A DNA stretch of 64,000 bases from Candidatus Thorarchaeota archaeon (lineage in GTDB: Archaea > Asgardarchaeota > Thorarchaeia > Thorarchaeales > Thorarchaeaceae), in NCBI GenBank assembly GCA_048882045.1, contig JBHLRZ010000004.1, positions 78,373-142,372 on the forward strand, given 5' to 3'. Shown here one piece after another: positions 17,855-28,521 of this stretch. The notes beneath the pieces were generated by a model. It ran no database searches and was not told the origin of the DNA. It saw only the letters and a list, made by a program, of their open reading frames with translations. Made by a program: the position numbers and the translations under genes. How positions within the stretch are numbered: the first letter of the stretch is position 1; each line of letters begins with the position of its first letter.

Positions 17855-18382
17855 TTGTCGGAGACGGATACGAAAGATGAGAATCTACTAGGTCACTTCC
17901 AAGAAGCAATGTTGCGAGCATCAGGACCAGCCATCCACAGAGCGTTAGATGAGAAACTCGATGACGCCCAGGCGATAGATGCAGAGTACGCATGTCTGAT
18001 GTCAATGATGCTCGAGCCCAAGAATCCCACGATGTGGAATGCACTCGCTTTAGTTCAGATGATATCGAGTAAACCTGACGATGCGGAGGATTCTATCAGA
18101 CGGTCTCTCGAGATTGATACCTCTAACTCATGGACCTGGACTATCTGGGGGGACCTTCTCAAGAATGAGAATAGAATCATTGAATCGGAAAGAGCATACA
18201 GGATGGCCGTGGAACTGGATCCAGTGAACGAGCACGCACTGAGGCAATTGGTCTTCATCACTGACTCACGAGAGGCGCATCCTGAAACTCTCACACTACT
18301 CGAAACTCTGCTTCCTCAACTTCCTGAAGACCAGGAACTCTGGGACATCTACTCAAGGTGCCTTAGAAGGATGAAGAAGTGA
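17855..18382 (+). CDS. TPR-repeat protein
   Basis: W..L..A....RSLEIDT and W..WG..L...A.R.AVELDP repeats. Confidence 0.82.
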   Translation: MSETDTKDENLLGHFQEAMLRASGPAIHRALDEKLDDAQAIDAEYACLMSMMLEPKNPTMWNALALVQMISSKPDDAEDSIRRSLEIDTSNSWTWTIWGDLLKNENRIIESERAYRMAVELDPVNEHALRQLVFITDSREAHPETLTLLETLLPQLPEDQELWDIYSRCLRRMKK

Positions 18383-21196
18383 TCACTCTGAATGCCTGAA
18401 ATCATCCGCTAGGTTCGAGTTCAGACCTCGATTAGTAACATAATAGGTGGTAGTAAATGCGGATGTTAGACTCAGGATTAGTATACCTGCGAGTAGAGGT
18501 AGAGGAAGGACCAGGTAGACAGGTAGACGAGACCAGACAATCTCAGTCGTCACTCCCAGGAAAGCCAATGGGATCTGGAGCAGCAGTGATGACAGTAGGA
18601 ATCCAATCAATGATCCAATCAACATTCCTAGGACCATACTCACTCCTGTATCGACAAATACAGCTGATATTATTGACGAGTTGGACGTGCCAAGTGCCCT
18701 CAAGATTGAGAATTGCTTCTGTAATCGACGGGTCTTCACTACTGAGATTATCATAAGACCCGCAGTGAGATACATGAGCGAGAACAGAGTGTTGAGAGTA
18801 TAAACACCGTAGATGGACTGGCCAGTCCTCGAGTCCAGTATTGAATCAATCTCCGACTGGGATGACACCAACTCATCAGTAGTGAAGTTGGCCACACTCC
18901 TGATGTCTTCCATCACCTTGGTAGAGTTTGCAGTTTCATGCAGGTCAACATAGATCTTGTTCACTGTCGATGTGTTGCGGATGTTTTGGATGTAGTCAAT
19001 ATTCATGATTACGAAGTCTTGAACATCAGGTTCTCCAGGGAAATAGTTTGTACCTCTCTGTTCATAATCTGCAGACATCACATCCACGATAGTACAGTCA
19101 ATAATGAAGCTCAATCCAGAAGTTACAGTGACTATCTTCACAGAATCATAGTATAATGGATTTCCTCCCGCATATTGCTCTATAGGCTTGAATGAGCTGA
19201 TGATATTCGTATGGTTCTCTGCCAGTAGTGAAATCCTGTCAACTGGGTTCCTACTCATAGTGAAGTACGGCAGCAAGAATACAGTTTCAGCCCAGGTGTC
19301 TGGATCGATTCCATAAATGGGAAGTGAAATGTTCACTAGTACAGGATCTTGATTCTCAAGCGCCTGGAGGAACTGTACGAACGAGTAAGTTTTCAAAAGA
19401 GCACTGGTGTTGTTTACACCTTCGATAGCATTGATTTGATCGACAATGTCATTTGTAACATTCCTCAGATTTTCATCAACATTGATTACAATGTCTGCTC
19501 CTACCATGAAACTAAACAACTCCTCCATATGATTTGAACCTGTTGAAGATGATACAACAGAGAAGAGACCTGCAGTGAAGACAAGTCCAATGAACATGAC
19601 GCCCATTGCTTCACTTTTCTTAGCCAATAGGGCATTCCTCGACATCACACGGGCTCCTATAATACGTGATGTGTTTCGGGTAAGACCTAACAACTTGGAT
19701 TTGATGAAGGAGGTTGGCAAGGAAAGAATCCTTGACAGAACAACAATGAAAATCCCAAACATTGTGATAACCAAAACTGCAAACAGAGCGAATCCAGTTG
19801 GAGAAACTCCACCAGTTCCAAGTGACGTCAGTAATGGAGTGATGAGAAGTCCGGATACAATGAATGCTACCACTTCCATGATTGGTGGACGGAGTATTTC
19901 CTTACCAGCAAGGGCTTGTTTCTCTACAACTGAGTGAGCTTCATCTGGTGTCATGAGTAGTGCGTTGACTGCAGAAGGTAGTGAAATGGCAAAACCGACT
20001 ATGAATGAGAATACAAAGACGATTATGATGGAACTAGGCTCGAGGAGAAGGTTGAAGCTGGCAAGATTATCTGGAGTAAAGACTAAGAGCTGTCTTACTC
20101 CACCAGAGAGTATTGCAGCAAGAGTTCCAGTTGCAACCGCTCCTATACTCCCTATTATTCCAGTCAAGAAAGCACTCGATATAATCCAAGTGAAAGACTG
20201 CCAACCTGATGCTCCTCTAGTTATCAGAGTGCCCGTGTCACGTCTTCGCTGATCCTCCGTCAACCTCGAATTATAAACAAGAAGCATCACTCCCATTACG
20301 ATACTTGGAATCGAGAACGACAGTGAAATTATCGTCATTGTGGATGCCCAGGAGTTGTATCCATAAACTATTCCCAGAATCTCGAATTCAGCCACTCTCG
20401 CATAAGGTAGAGTGCGTTGCTCGATTCTTGCCTTGACTTCGGAAAGAGATGACTCAACATGACTTGGACTGCTATGGGTGATGAAACTCGAATCAAATAT
20501 AGTCCATATACTATAGAACACCTCATTAGATGTTTGAAGTCCTACATTGTTGAATTCGGACACCAGACCTGCCCGTGTTGTGATCATCCGAAGTGACGTT
20601 ATTGGATTCCCACTGACGTCCCGACGACTGCTGAAGGTGTTAGTTCTGAACAGCCCAATGACCTTGTAGCTTGCATTGTATCTCTGTAGTGTGAAGTTTT
20701 CATCGAGTGCTATGATGTCAGCAACATAGTCATCGCCAATTTGAAGGTGGAGATATTCTGCCCAATCATATTCAATATAGCATGTGCTTTCATTGAGCTC
20801 GGATTCTACTGAAATGAGTTGAATTGCATGTGGAAATACTTGGAAGATAGAATTATCCACACCGATATAGCTATACTTTCGAAATCTACTCTCAGGGTAA
20901 CTATGGTCCCACCCCTCAATGAAGGCAACTATCTCTGTGTCGGAGACAAGCTCCTGTTCTCTGACGATACTATCAATATCCTCGATGGAAGCAGTAGATG
21001 AATCATAGAATTCAGGCGTACACTGAACCTCCATATCTATTGGAATGTCTTCAGTCATTTCTTCAAGCACATTTGTGCTAGTACTGTCCATGTAGAACAA
21101 AACTCCCCCAAGAACTCCAGCTGACAATGAGAACATGAGTAGAGTCGCTAAAACCTGAGGACTATGTGAAGCAAGACGTGATAGTAGAAACATCAT
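18383..21196 (-). CDS. large FtsX/MacB-family ABC permease (subunit 2)
   Basis: Two FtsX cores (RRRDTGTLITRGAS; KQFSILRALGTS) with large extracellular domains; ATGA overlap with the upstream gene. Confidence 0.85.
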   Translation of the reverse strand: MMFLLSRLASHSPQVLATLLMFSLSAGVLGGVLFYMDSTSTNVLEEMTEDIPIDMEVQCTPEFYDSSTASIEDIDSIVREQELVSDTEIVAFIEGWDHSYPESRFRKYSYIGVDNSIFQVFPHAIQLISVESELNESTCYIEYDWAEYLHLQIGDDYVADIIALDENFTLQRYNASYKVIGLFRTNTFSSRRDVSGNPITSLRMITTRAGLVSEFNNVGLQTSNEVFYSIWTIFDSSFITHSSPSHVESSLSEVKARIEQRTLPYARVAEFEILGIVYGYNSWASTMTIISLSFSIPSIVMGVMLLVYNSRLTEDQRRRDTGTLITRGASGWQSFTWIISSAFLTGIIGSIGAVATGTLAAILSGGVRQLLVFTPDNLASFNLLLEPSSIIIVFVFSFIVGFAISLPSAVNALLMTPDEAHSVVEKQALAGKEILRPPIMEVVAFIVSGLLITPLLTSLGTGGVSPTGFALFAVLVITMFGIFIVVLSRILSLPTSFIKSKLLGLTRNTSRIIGARVMSRNALLAKKSEAMGVMFIGLVFTAGLFSVVSSSTGSNHMEELFSFMVGADIVINVDENLRNVTNDIVDQINAIEGVNNTSALLKTYSFVQFLQALENQDPVLVNISLPIYGIDPDTWAETVFLLPYFTMSRNPVDRISLLAENHTNIISSFKPIEQYAGGNPLYYDSVKIVTVTSGLSFIIDCTIVDVMSADYEQRGTNYFPGEPDVQDFVIMNIDYIQNIRNTSTVNKIYVDLHETANSTKVMEDIRSVANFTTDELVSSQSEIDSILDSRTGQSIYGVYTLNTLFSLMYLTAGLMIISVVKTRRLQKQFSILRALGTSNSSIISAVFVDTGVSMVLGMLIGSLIGFLLSSLLLQIPLAFLGVTTEIVWSRLPVYLVLPLPLLAGILILSLTSAFTTTYYVTNRGLNSNLADDFRHSE

Positions 21197-23964
21197 CCTA
21201 CCTCCACATATGGACTGGATTCAGTCCACGCACTGTTTAGTGCTTCGCTGAGATCGACTCTTGAACTGAGAATAGCAATCACCGTGATGAATATTGCAAC
21301 GCAGAAGATGAAGAACAATAGAATGACGCTCATCAATAACACTGGAGTGATGATTGTTACAGGCGAAGGATACACGTAGGTCACTCCACCATAGGTTCGT
21401 ATAGCCGCAAGGAGTGAGTTCACTGTCAGCACGGGAGTGAAGAGGCCAAGCAACATGACACTCATAATGAATAAGACAAGCATTTCTGCAGCCTGTGTCT
21501 TCACTACGAGATTTCTCTCGGCTCCCATAGATCTGAGAAGAGCAATCTCACGTTTCCTTGCCTTGACGCCCTCTATGGCATAGATGACAAAAGCCCCAAA
21601 GATAGCTCCTACACTGAGCATTGTGAACAGTGTATCAGTCGAACGGTCCACAACGTAGATATCTTGTGAGATGTATGTTAGAAGTTCATTTAAGGCTGAC
21701 ACCCATCCATCCTCCTCCAGGACATCAGACCATCCATTTGTGAGAAGTTCTTTAGCAATGAGAGTTGCATTCACTATTTCTTCCACTCTCATGCAATAGA
21801 TATTCTCAACTTCTTCTTCAAAGGACAGGATGATATCAATATCCTCTCGATTTACCCACACCTGTCCTGATCCAACCTCATATGTCCATTCGATTCCTGG
21901 GTATGGATTGGATCCTCCCGAAAAAGTCAGTGTATCTGGTAGAGCATCAACGACTCCAATAATAGTGAACTCTAGAGCTTCCAGTTCAGTTTCATTCCTC
22001 CAAAATGCCCTAAGAACACCGCCAGTTGAGAGACCGTACTTCTCTGCGACATCCTGTGTAACTATTGCTCCTGTTTGTGATAGCTCGAGCTGCTCCAACA
22101 AAAGGCCTAGACCTGATTCGTTTAAATGGTTTCCAACTGAATCATAACCGACTCTGGAATATTCCGTTGGGTTCAGACCTACAAACTCGAAAGTACCTTC
22201 GGTTCCAGTTGAAAGAGGCAATGACACCTTACTCAGAATACTACCCGAGGCTGAGGGCAAACCTTGTGTCATGTTGCCAATAAAAGACTCCCACTGATCT
22301 GACTCATCTGAATCCAAGTGAAATGCCAAATCCCCTCCTATCGCAAACCTCGACTGGTTTAGTCTCGTATACGGCAAGGTTGCATCATTGATTGCATAGT
22401 TCCATCCAAGACTCATTGCCAGTACTAAAACAATGATGAGTGAGCCAGATGACGCGGTGGTTTTGCCTATTCTCCTGATTCCGACAGTTGCTGGAATATT
22501 GCCGACCAAACCGCTGAATACTCTAGAAAATAGGTGAGCACCTCTCCTCATGGCCTTGATTGCCAAACTGGTCATTCCGAAGAACAATGTGAAGGGTAGA
22601 ACACTTAGGACAACATATAGAAATGGATCACGTGTCACTATCGTTCCTGCCAGATTGAGTGCCACAAGAAGCAAAATACTCAAAGCTAGGAGTGAAGCGT
22701 CACCACGTACGAAGCTAAGTGCCTTGGTTATCCTCGCCAGTCTTCCTGTACTCTCTCGACTAGTAATCTTCAATGCACTTCGGAGTTGATGAATCAGCAG
22801 TATGATTGCAGGAAGTGCAACTCCCGCAATGACAGAATACACAATACTGTCAATGGAAATCAACAACGCGTTAGTGAATAGTCTCTGGTAATCGATAATA
22901 AAAAATCCATTTGATGCAATTGCAAATCTACTGGCTACTACCCCCACTGCAAATCCGAGTGGGACAGATAGAACAGCCAAGCTGATGATCTCCAAATTGA
23001 CTAGTAGTCCAACTCGAAAACGTGAGGCTCCTCTTGCTACTAGCATATTGATTTCATAGGTTCTTTCATTCCAGATGTGGTTGACTGCCAAGTAGAGGAC
23101 AGATAGCTCGAGAAGAAGAACTCCACCACTTCGAAGAGTCTGTGATGAACGAAGGTCCGTCAAATATTCCAAATAGTCCTCGATCCCGTCACCAAGTAAA
23201 TTGACGACAGTATAGGTTGGCCTGCCTCCTCGATTGTAATAGGTGTCGAGCATCCTGATCTGTTCATTGATTTCATAGAGATGGTTCAGTGAACCAGCGG
23301 GGTCATATGGCACTACGTCACCTCTGTCAACATCTGCATAGATGAAGCTGAACGACATTAAGGACCTCAATGATTCATGGAACAACACATGGCCGCGGGT
23401 GTAGTAGTATGAGTTTTGAAAGCCAGTTTCTCCATGTTCGAAAATACCTGTAACAATAGCAGGTTCATATGATGGGTCGAACGGGTTCAAAGATTCATAT
23501 GAGTAATTGACCTGATCTCCCACACTCACATAGAGCAAATCTGCTACAAGAACTGAAATTGCAATTTCTGAAGCATTTTCAGGAAACTTGCCTTCCGCGA
23601 GTGTGAAAATAGTTGGATAGGTGTCTGTGAATCCTTCACTATATTCCATTCCATACGTATTTACCTGCCAACGGAGTCCCAGCGACCTCGATGCAAGGTA
23701 GGCGAATGTCCCTTTGATCGGTTCTGCGTTACTTATTCCCGGTATCCCTCGAAAGTCATCAATCTCGCTATCAATCCCATCTCCAATCGCAACCAATGCT
23801 ACTGGCCCAACATCACACTCAGAATTCCATACCTCCATAGAGTATGAGTCAACATACACCATTACACCTGCGATTATCGCTGATGACAACATGAAGCATA
23901 GAAGGGCCACTAACTTCCTTCTCTTTCCTTGAAATGCTTCATAGTCAACAGGAATTGATACCAC
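21193..23964 (-). CDS. large FtsX/MacB-family ABC permease (subunit 1)
   Basis: ERTYEINMLVARGAS and RKREIALLRSMGA cores. Confidence 0.85.
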   Translation of the reverse strand: MVSIPVDYEAFQGKRRKLVALLCFMLSSAIIAGVMVYVDSYSMEVWNSECDVGPVALVAIGDGIDSEIDDFRGIPGISNAEPIKGTFAYLASRSLGLRWQVNTYGMEYSEGFTDTYPTIFTLAEGKFPENASEIAISVLVADLLYVSVGDQVNYSYESLNPFDPSYEPAIVTGIFEHGETGFQNSYYYTRGHVLFHESLRSLMSFSFIYADVDRGDVVPYDPAGSLNHLYEINEQIRMLDTYYNRGGRPTYTVVNLLGDGIEDYLEYLTDLRSSQTLRSGGVLLLELSVLYLAVNHIWNERTYEINMLVARGASRFRVGLLVNLEIISLAVLSVPLGFAVGVVASRFAIASNGFFIIDYQRLFTNALLISIDSIVYSVIAGVALPAIILLIHQLRSALKITSRESTGRLARITKALSFVRGDASLLALSILLLVALNLAGTIVTRDPFLYVVLSVLPFTLFFGMTSLAIKAMRRGAHLFSRVFSGLVGNIPATVGIRRIGKTTASSGSLIIVLVLAMSLGWNYAINDATLPYTRLNQSRFAIGGDLAFHLDSDESDQWESFIGNMTQGLPSASGSILSKVSLPLSTGTEGTFEFVGLNPTEYSRVGYDSVGNHLNESGLGLLLEQLELSQTGAIVTQDVAEKYGLSTGGVLRAFWRNETELEALEFTIIGVVDALPDTLTFSGGSNPYPGIEWTYEVGSGQVWVNREDIDIILSFEEEVENIYCMRVEEIVNATLIAKELLTNGWSDVLEEDGWVSALNELLTYISQDIYVVDRSTDTLFTMLSVGAIFGAFVIYAIEGVKARKREIALLRSMGAERNLVVKTQAAEMLVLFIMSVMLLGLFTPVLTVNSLLAAIRTYGGVTYVYPSPVTIITPVLLMSVILLFFIFCVAIFITVIAILSSRVDLSEALNSAWTESSPYVEVG

Positions 23965-24042
23965 TAAGAATCGCCTTTTGGATGTGCTCTCACAATCTAC
24001 GAAACACTGACGATTTGTTTCCGTCTAATAAAACACACTCTC

Positions 24043-24171
24043 TCAGCCTTCCCAGGAAGACATGCTGATCGAATTCGTAAGTTCTTTGATTTCCTGTAAA
24101 TGTTGCTCGGAATTGAGAACAATGTCTAATGTGGTGCCTAATAAGGTCCTATCAGAATCTAACTGTCCCAA
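24043..24171 (-). CDS. possible 42-aa small protein (M)GQLDSDRTLLGTTLDIVLNSEQHLQEIKELTNSISMSSWEG
   Basis: Open frame with TTG start after AGGAGA, filling the gap upstream of the permease operon; no motif support. Confidence 0.25.
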   Translation of the reverse strand: MGQLDSDRTLLGTTLDIVLNSEQHLQEIKELTNSISMSSWEG

Positions 24172-24277
24172 TCTCCTGAATGGTCAGTTATACTAATCTC
24201 AATCTTGAAGATGTCTATTCAATCAATCGAACCTCCTTAGACGCATTTTGGGCTTCTATGGACACAAGTGAACTGAT

Positions 24278-25030
24278 GTGTTAATTCCAGGTTTTCAGAC
24301 TGCAGACAAACTTCAAAGAACGATATGCAAGACAGGAACGCCAATCCTTGACGGTCTCCTTGGGGGTGGATATGAAACCGGTCTCACATATCTGTTCTAT
24401 GGACACGAGTTGCTGCATAGTGTCATCCTTCGTTCTGCAGTCCAAGCTCAATTACCTGTGATGAAAGGTGGGTTCTCAAGTCCTTGTATCATGATTGACA
24501 GCTCGAACATGATTGATACAGTAAAACTGAGAGACATCTCATTCCAGCTCGGTCTTGAGCCTGAGAGTGTCATGGATGCAATCCACATATCTCGCGCTTT
24601 CAATGCTTCACAGACTTTCGACCTCGTCATCAACCATCTGGACGAGTTCATGGAAAGCGTTCCAGCAAAGATGCTGATTCTACCGGGACTTGTCGACCTC
24701 TTCAACAGTGAGGGTCTTGACAGTGAAGCGACACGTCAGATGGCTCATATGGCTGCGCGTGTAAATGCGTTCACTCTGAAACACAATATTGTGACGCTGA
24801 TATCCACTCGAGAACCATTGGGTTATGGAAAACAACCATCAGTCGGAAAAGCGCTCACAAGCTCTACTCAGGTTCATGTACTGGTGGATCAGACTCCGAT
24901 GCGCAATCTGTATTCACTGACAAAGCATCCAAGTCTCTCGTCCCGAATAGAATCTGTTGCCCGTACCGGTTCCGTATTTGGCGTGACCCTCCCACTTGAA
25001 TACTTCTTTGAAGATGAATCTACTACTTGA
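24278..25030 (+). CDS. RadA/Rad51-fold protein with degenerate ATPase motifs
   Basis: TG..LDGLLGGG and ISRAFNASQ retained; Walker A (YGHELLHS) and Walker B (LILPG) lost. Confidence 0.8.
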   Translation: MLIPGFQTADKLQRTICKTGTPILDGLLGGGYETGLTYLFYGHELLHSVILRSAVQAQLPVMKGGFSSPCIMIDSSNMIDTVKLRDISFQLGLEPESVMDAIHISRAFNASQTFDLVINHLDEFMESVPAKMLILPGLVDLFNSEGLDSEATRQMAHMAARVNAFTLKHNIVTLISTREPLGYGKQPSVGKALTSSTQVHVLVDQTPMRNLYSLTKHPSLSSRIESVARTGSVFGVTLPLEYFFEDESTT

Positions 25031-25080
25031 GTGATTTGCAGCATTCTGGACCGTACCCCTCTCCAGTAGTCCTCTACCTC

Positions 25081-25785
25081 TTACCTGCTCATCGAAACGG
25101 ACCTGTTCATACTGCTGATGAATAGTTCTAGCCCTGTATCGACCTTGGCAACACCCAGTCCGCCCAGGTACGGTTCTCTGTCCTCGAATTTCAGTGCTCT
25201 CTCAAGAAGCATCCTCTTGGCACTCAGAAGTGCGAGATCATGTGTGATGTGAATGAAAATGATTGGCTCCTTAGCAGATATCAACCTCTCAATGGTGTCT
25301 GCCATGAACCTGACTCGATAGTCCTCAAATGGTTCGATTCGATTCTCAAATTCTCCATCAACCCACCTATTGACATAATCTGTCACATTCTCTCCATTAG
25401 GATGTAGGTCATTCCAAACATCGTGATCCAAAATCTGTGGCGCAACTAGGGTAGGAAGAGGACTGATGTCAATTACCTCTCCTCCATTCTCAGAATATCC
25501 ATCTGCAATACCTTCTGCAGTTTCGTGGCAACGAGGTATAAAACTGGTGTAGATGTCCATAGGCCTTCCTGGTCTAATTCGTTTTCCAACTTCAACTGCA
25601 ACCTGCCGACCAAGCTCCGTGATTCCTGCGCTAGCCATATCCTGATGGTTTCGAAGTGTTTCCCTGTGTGAATGTCTAAGAATAAGCATCAAAGAACTGT
25701 TTGAGCTGATATTCGATGCCCAGTCGAGAATGTTTCTGACATTAGTAATCCAATCTTCAGTGTCCCAGCTTTTCTTGATGTCCAT
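25081..25785 (-). CDS. histidine phosphatase superfamily protein
   Basis: ILRHS, ITELG, TS..PRCHETA, ITHD. Confidence 0.82.
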   Translation of the reverse strand: MDIKKSWDTEDWITNVRNILDWASNISSNSSLMLILRHSHRETLRNHQDMASAGITELGRQVAVEVGKRIRPGRPMDIYTSFIPRCHETAEGIADGYSENGGEVIDISPLPTLVAPQILDHDVWNDLHPNGENVTDYVNRWVDGEFENRIEPFEDYRVRFMADTIERLISAKEPIIFIHITHDLALLSAKRMLLERALKFEDREPYLGGLGVAKVDTGLELFISSMNRSVSMSR

Positions 25786-25802
25786 TGTAATTCCTCAAAC
25801 GT

Positions 25803-26222
25803 TCAGAGGTGTTCACGTATTCCTGCCTCGATGACTCTGAAGCAGTTGGGACAGGTCAGCTCACTTGAACCTACCCATTCGACTTGATTCATTTCCAGTT
25901 TGTATTTGCAATGGGGACAGTATACAGGTACAGTATAAACAGAACCCTCTGCATAGTCACCAGTTTGATACATAGGCTGAGTATAGGTTTGTCTCATCAT
26001 TACACTGTCACTGGTTGTTCTCTGAGTTGTGTTGCACACTACCATAGATACTATGATTATGAGGGTCATGATTCCAAAGGTTCCAATCAAAGTTGGCCAG
26101 AGGATTGGCCACACATACTCCAGGATCCCAAGTGTTTCAAACATGATATACATGATGAAGAGTATTCCAGCCATTACAATGGCTATGCCACAGATGATTC
26201 TGGCTGCTATATTACTAGACAA
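25803..26222 (-). CDS. 2-TM protein with C-terminal zinc ribbon
   Basis: Two TM helices, then CPHC...CPNC. Confidence 0.78.
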   Translation of the reverse strand: MSSNIAARIICGIAIVMAGILFIMYIMFETLGILEYVWPILWPTLIGTFGIMTLIIIVSMVVCNTTQRTTSDSVMMRQTYTQPMYQTGDYAEGSVYTVPVYCPHCKYKLEMNQVEWVGSSELTCPNCFRVIEAGIREHL

Positions 26223-26538
26223 ATGATCACAGTGCAGTTGACTGTGTTTTATCCTATAAAGGTTCAGAGGATGTGGATACCTGCGACTATTAGTTTTGAA
26301 CTTTCTCGGAAGAACCGAGCTTCAGAGATTAATAGGAGCACTCACGCTCCAGACAGGTCGATGTCACAGATCTGTTTAGTTTCGACCATCTCTCTCGGGC
26401 GTGTGAGTTCACTAGGAAGAACTTTCACTCCTCACAAAATCCTAGTATCACACCCTTCATTTGAGAACAGTCGAGGCGTGGCAGGTACCGTAAAGGTTAC
26501 TTACAGTCAGGTATGTGCGTCCAGGAAGGCTGGAGCAG

Positions 26539-28521
26539 ATGAGTGATTTCAAACTAGAGGCACCATTCAAACCCACAGGTGATCAACCACAGGCGATAGA
26601 GAAACTAGTGGAAGGTCTTGAGAGTGAACTCCAGCATCAAACACTTCTTGGTGTTACAGGCTCTGGTAAGACTTTTACAATGGCAAACGTCATTGAGGCT
26701 TACAATAAACCTACACTTGTCATCTCACATAACAAGACATTGGCTGCGCAGCTCGCATCTGAATACAAGCAATTCTTCCCTGATGCAGGAGTCGAATACT
26801 TTGTTTCATACTACGACTACTATCAGCCAGAAGCCTATGTTCCCAGTAAGGACATGTACATCGAGAAGGAAACAGACATCAACCAGGAGATTGAGAGACT
26901 TCGACATTCTGCAACTCATTCTTTGAGATCCCGGAGTGATGTCATTGTAGTAGCATCTGTTTCCTGTATATACGGTGTAGGTGATCCGAGTGAGTATGAC
27001 TACTTCAGGATGTACATTGAACGGGGAGGGCAAATTGACCGACGTGAAATCTTGGAACGACTCGTCGCCATGCAATACGAGCGAAATGACATGGAGATCA
27101 AGCCTGGTGTCTTCCGGGTGAGGGGAGATGTCATAGATGTCTATCCCGCTGCTTCAGAGAACAGCTATCGAATTGAGCTCGACGGTGACAAAGTGTACCG
27201 GCTCACTATGCTGGAAGGTCTTACCTCAAAGAAGCTGTATCAACCAGACTGGATTGAATTGTATCCAGCAAAACATCACATAGCCCGTCATGAAACCGTT
27301 ATCGACGCACTGGAACCGATAGAGCAAGAGATGCTTGAGAGGGTTGAGTGGTTCAAGAAGCAAGGGAAGATGGTGGAAGCAGATCGACTGAAGCGAAGAA
27401 CTCTGTATGATATTGAGATGCTTCGGGAGATTGGAATGTGTTCTGGCATAGAGAATTACTCTCGGTTCATTGATGGTCGAAGTGTAGGTGAGAAGCCATA
27501 CACTCTACTCGACTACTTCCCGAAAGATTTCCTCATGATTATCGATGAGTCTCACATGACCATTCCCCAGGTTCGAGGGATGTACAACGGGGACCTTGCG
27601 CGAAAACAGAATTTGGTAGACTATGGATTTCGACTCCCCTCAGCGATTGACAATCGTCCATTGAAGTTTCCAGAGTTCGAGAAATACATGAAACATGTCA
27701 TCTTCACAAGTGCAACTCCGGGACCATACGAGAAGAAGGTAAGCAAACAGATTGTCGAACAGCTACTGAGACCCACTGGTCTCTTGGATCCTGACATAAC
27801 TATCAAACCTGTGATCGGTCAGGTGGACCATCTCCTAGGTGAGATACAGACCACCGTGGGAAAGGGTGATAGAGTCCTCGTGACTACCCTCACAAAGAAG
27901 ACTGCTGAAATGTTGAGTGAGTATCTTATTGAGGCAGGAGTGAAGTCTAGATATCTGCATTCAGACATCGGTACAGTGGAGCGTATCGAAATCATCCGTC
28001 AGCTACGTCAGGCGAAGTTTGATGTCCTTGTTGGTATCAACCTTCTTAGAGAGGGGCTGGACCTCCCAGAGGTCGGACTAGTTGCTATCCTCGATGCAGA
28101 CAAGGAGGGCTTCCTGAGGACAGATTGGGCACTCATCCAGACCATGGGTCGGGCAGCACGAAACGCGAATGGCCGAGTCATTCTATATGGTGACCACACG
28201 TCGAAGGCTATGCAGACTGCAATAGATGAGGTCAACCGACGCAGGTCATATCAAGAGAAGTACAATAAGGAGCATGGAATCACACCTGCGACCATTGTTA
28301 AGGATATTCAGGACATTGCCCAAGGCATCACAGTGCGCCAAGAAAGTGCTCAGACAAAGCTCGAGGATTTCGATCCTATCGAGATGGATGACCTAGCTGA
28401 TTACATCATTGACCTTGAGGAAGAGATGAAGGAAGCAGCAAGGAACCTTGAGTTTGAGAAGGCTGCAAGACTACGTGACAAGATTGCATCATTACGAAAG
28501 AGGGTAGAGGGTATCAGATAG
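26539..28521 (+). CDS. uvrB: excinuclease ABC subunit B
   Basis: PTGDQPQAI, GVTGSGKT, HNKTLAAQL, FVSYYDYYQPEAY, IDESH, GINLLREGLD, C-terminal UVR motif. Confidence 0.99.
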   Translation: MSDFKLEAPFKPTGDQPQAIEKLVEGLESELQHQTLLGVTGSGKTFTMANVIEAYNKPTLVISHNKTLAAQLASEYKQFFPDAGVEYFVSYYDYYQPEAYVPSKDMYIEKETDINQEIERLRHSATHSLRSRSDVIVVASVSCIYGVGDPSEYDYFRMYIERGGQIDRREILERLVAMQYERNDMEIKPGVFRVRGDVIDVYPAASENSYRIELDGDKVYRLTMLEGLTSKKLYQPDWIELYPAKHHIARHETVIDALEPIEQEMLERVEWFKKQGKMVEADRLKRRTLYDIEMLREIGMCSGIENYSRFIDGRSVGEKPYTLLDYFPKDFLMIIDESHMTIPQVRGMYNGDLARKQNLVDYGFRLPSAIDNRPLKFPEFEKYMKHVIFTSATPGPYEKKVSKQIVEQLLRPTGLLDPDITIKPVIGQVDHLLGEIQTTVGKGDRVLVTTLTKKTAEMLSEYLIEAGVKSRYLHSDIGTVERIEIIRQLRQAKFDVLVGINLLREGLDLPEVGLVAILDADKEGFLRTDWALIQTMGRAARNANGRVILYGDHTSKAMQTAIDEVNRRRSYQEKYNKEHGITPATIVKDIQDIAQGITVRQESAQTKLEDFDPIEMDDLADYIIDLEEEMKEAARNLEFEKAARLRDKIASLRKRVEGIR

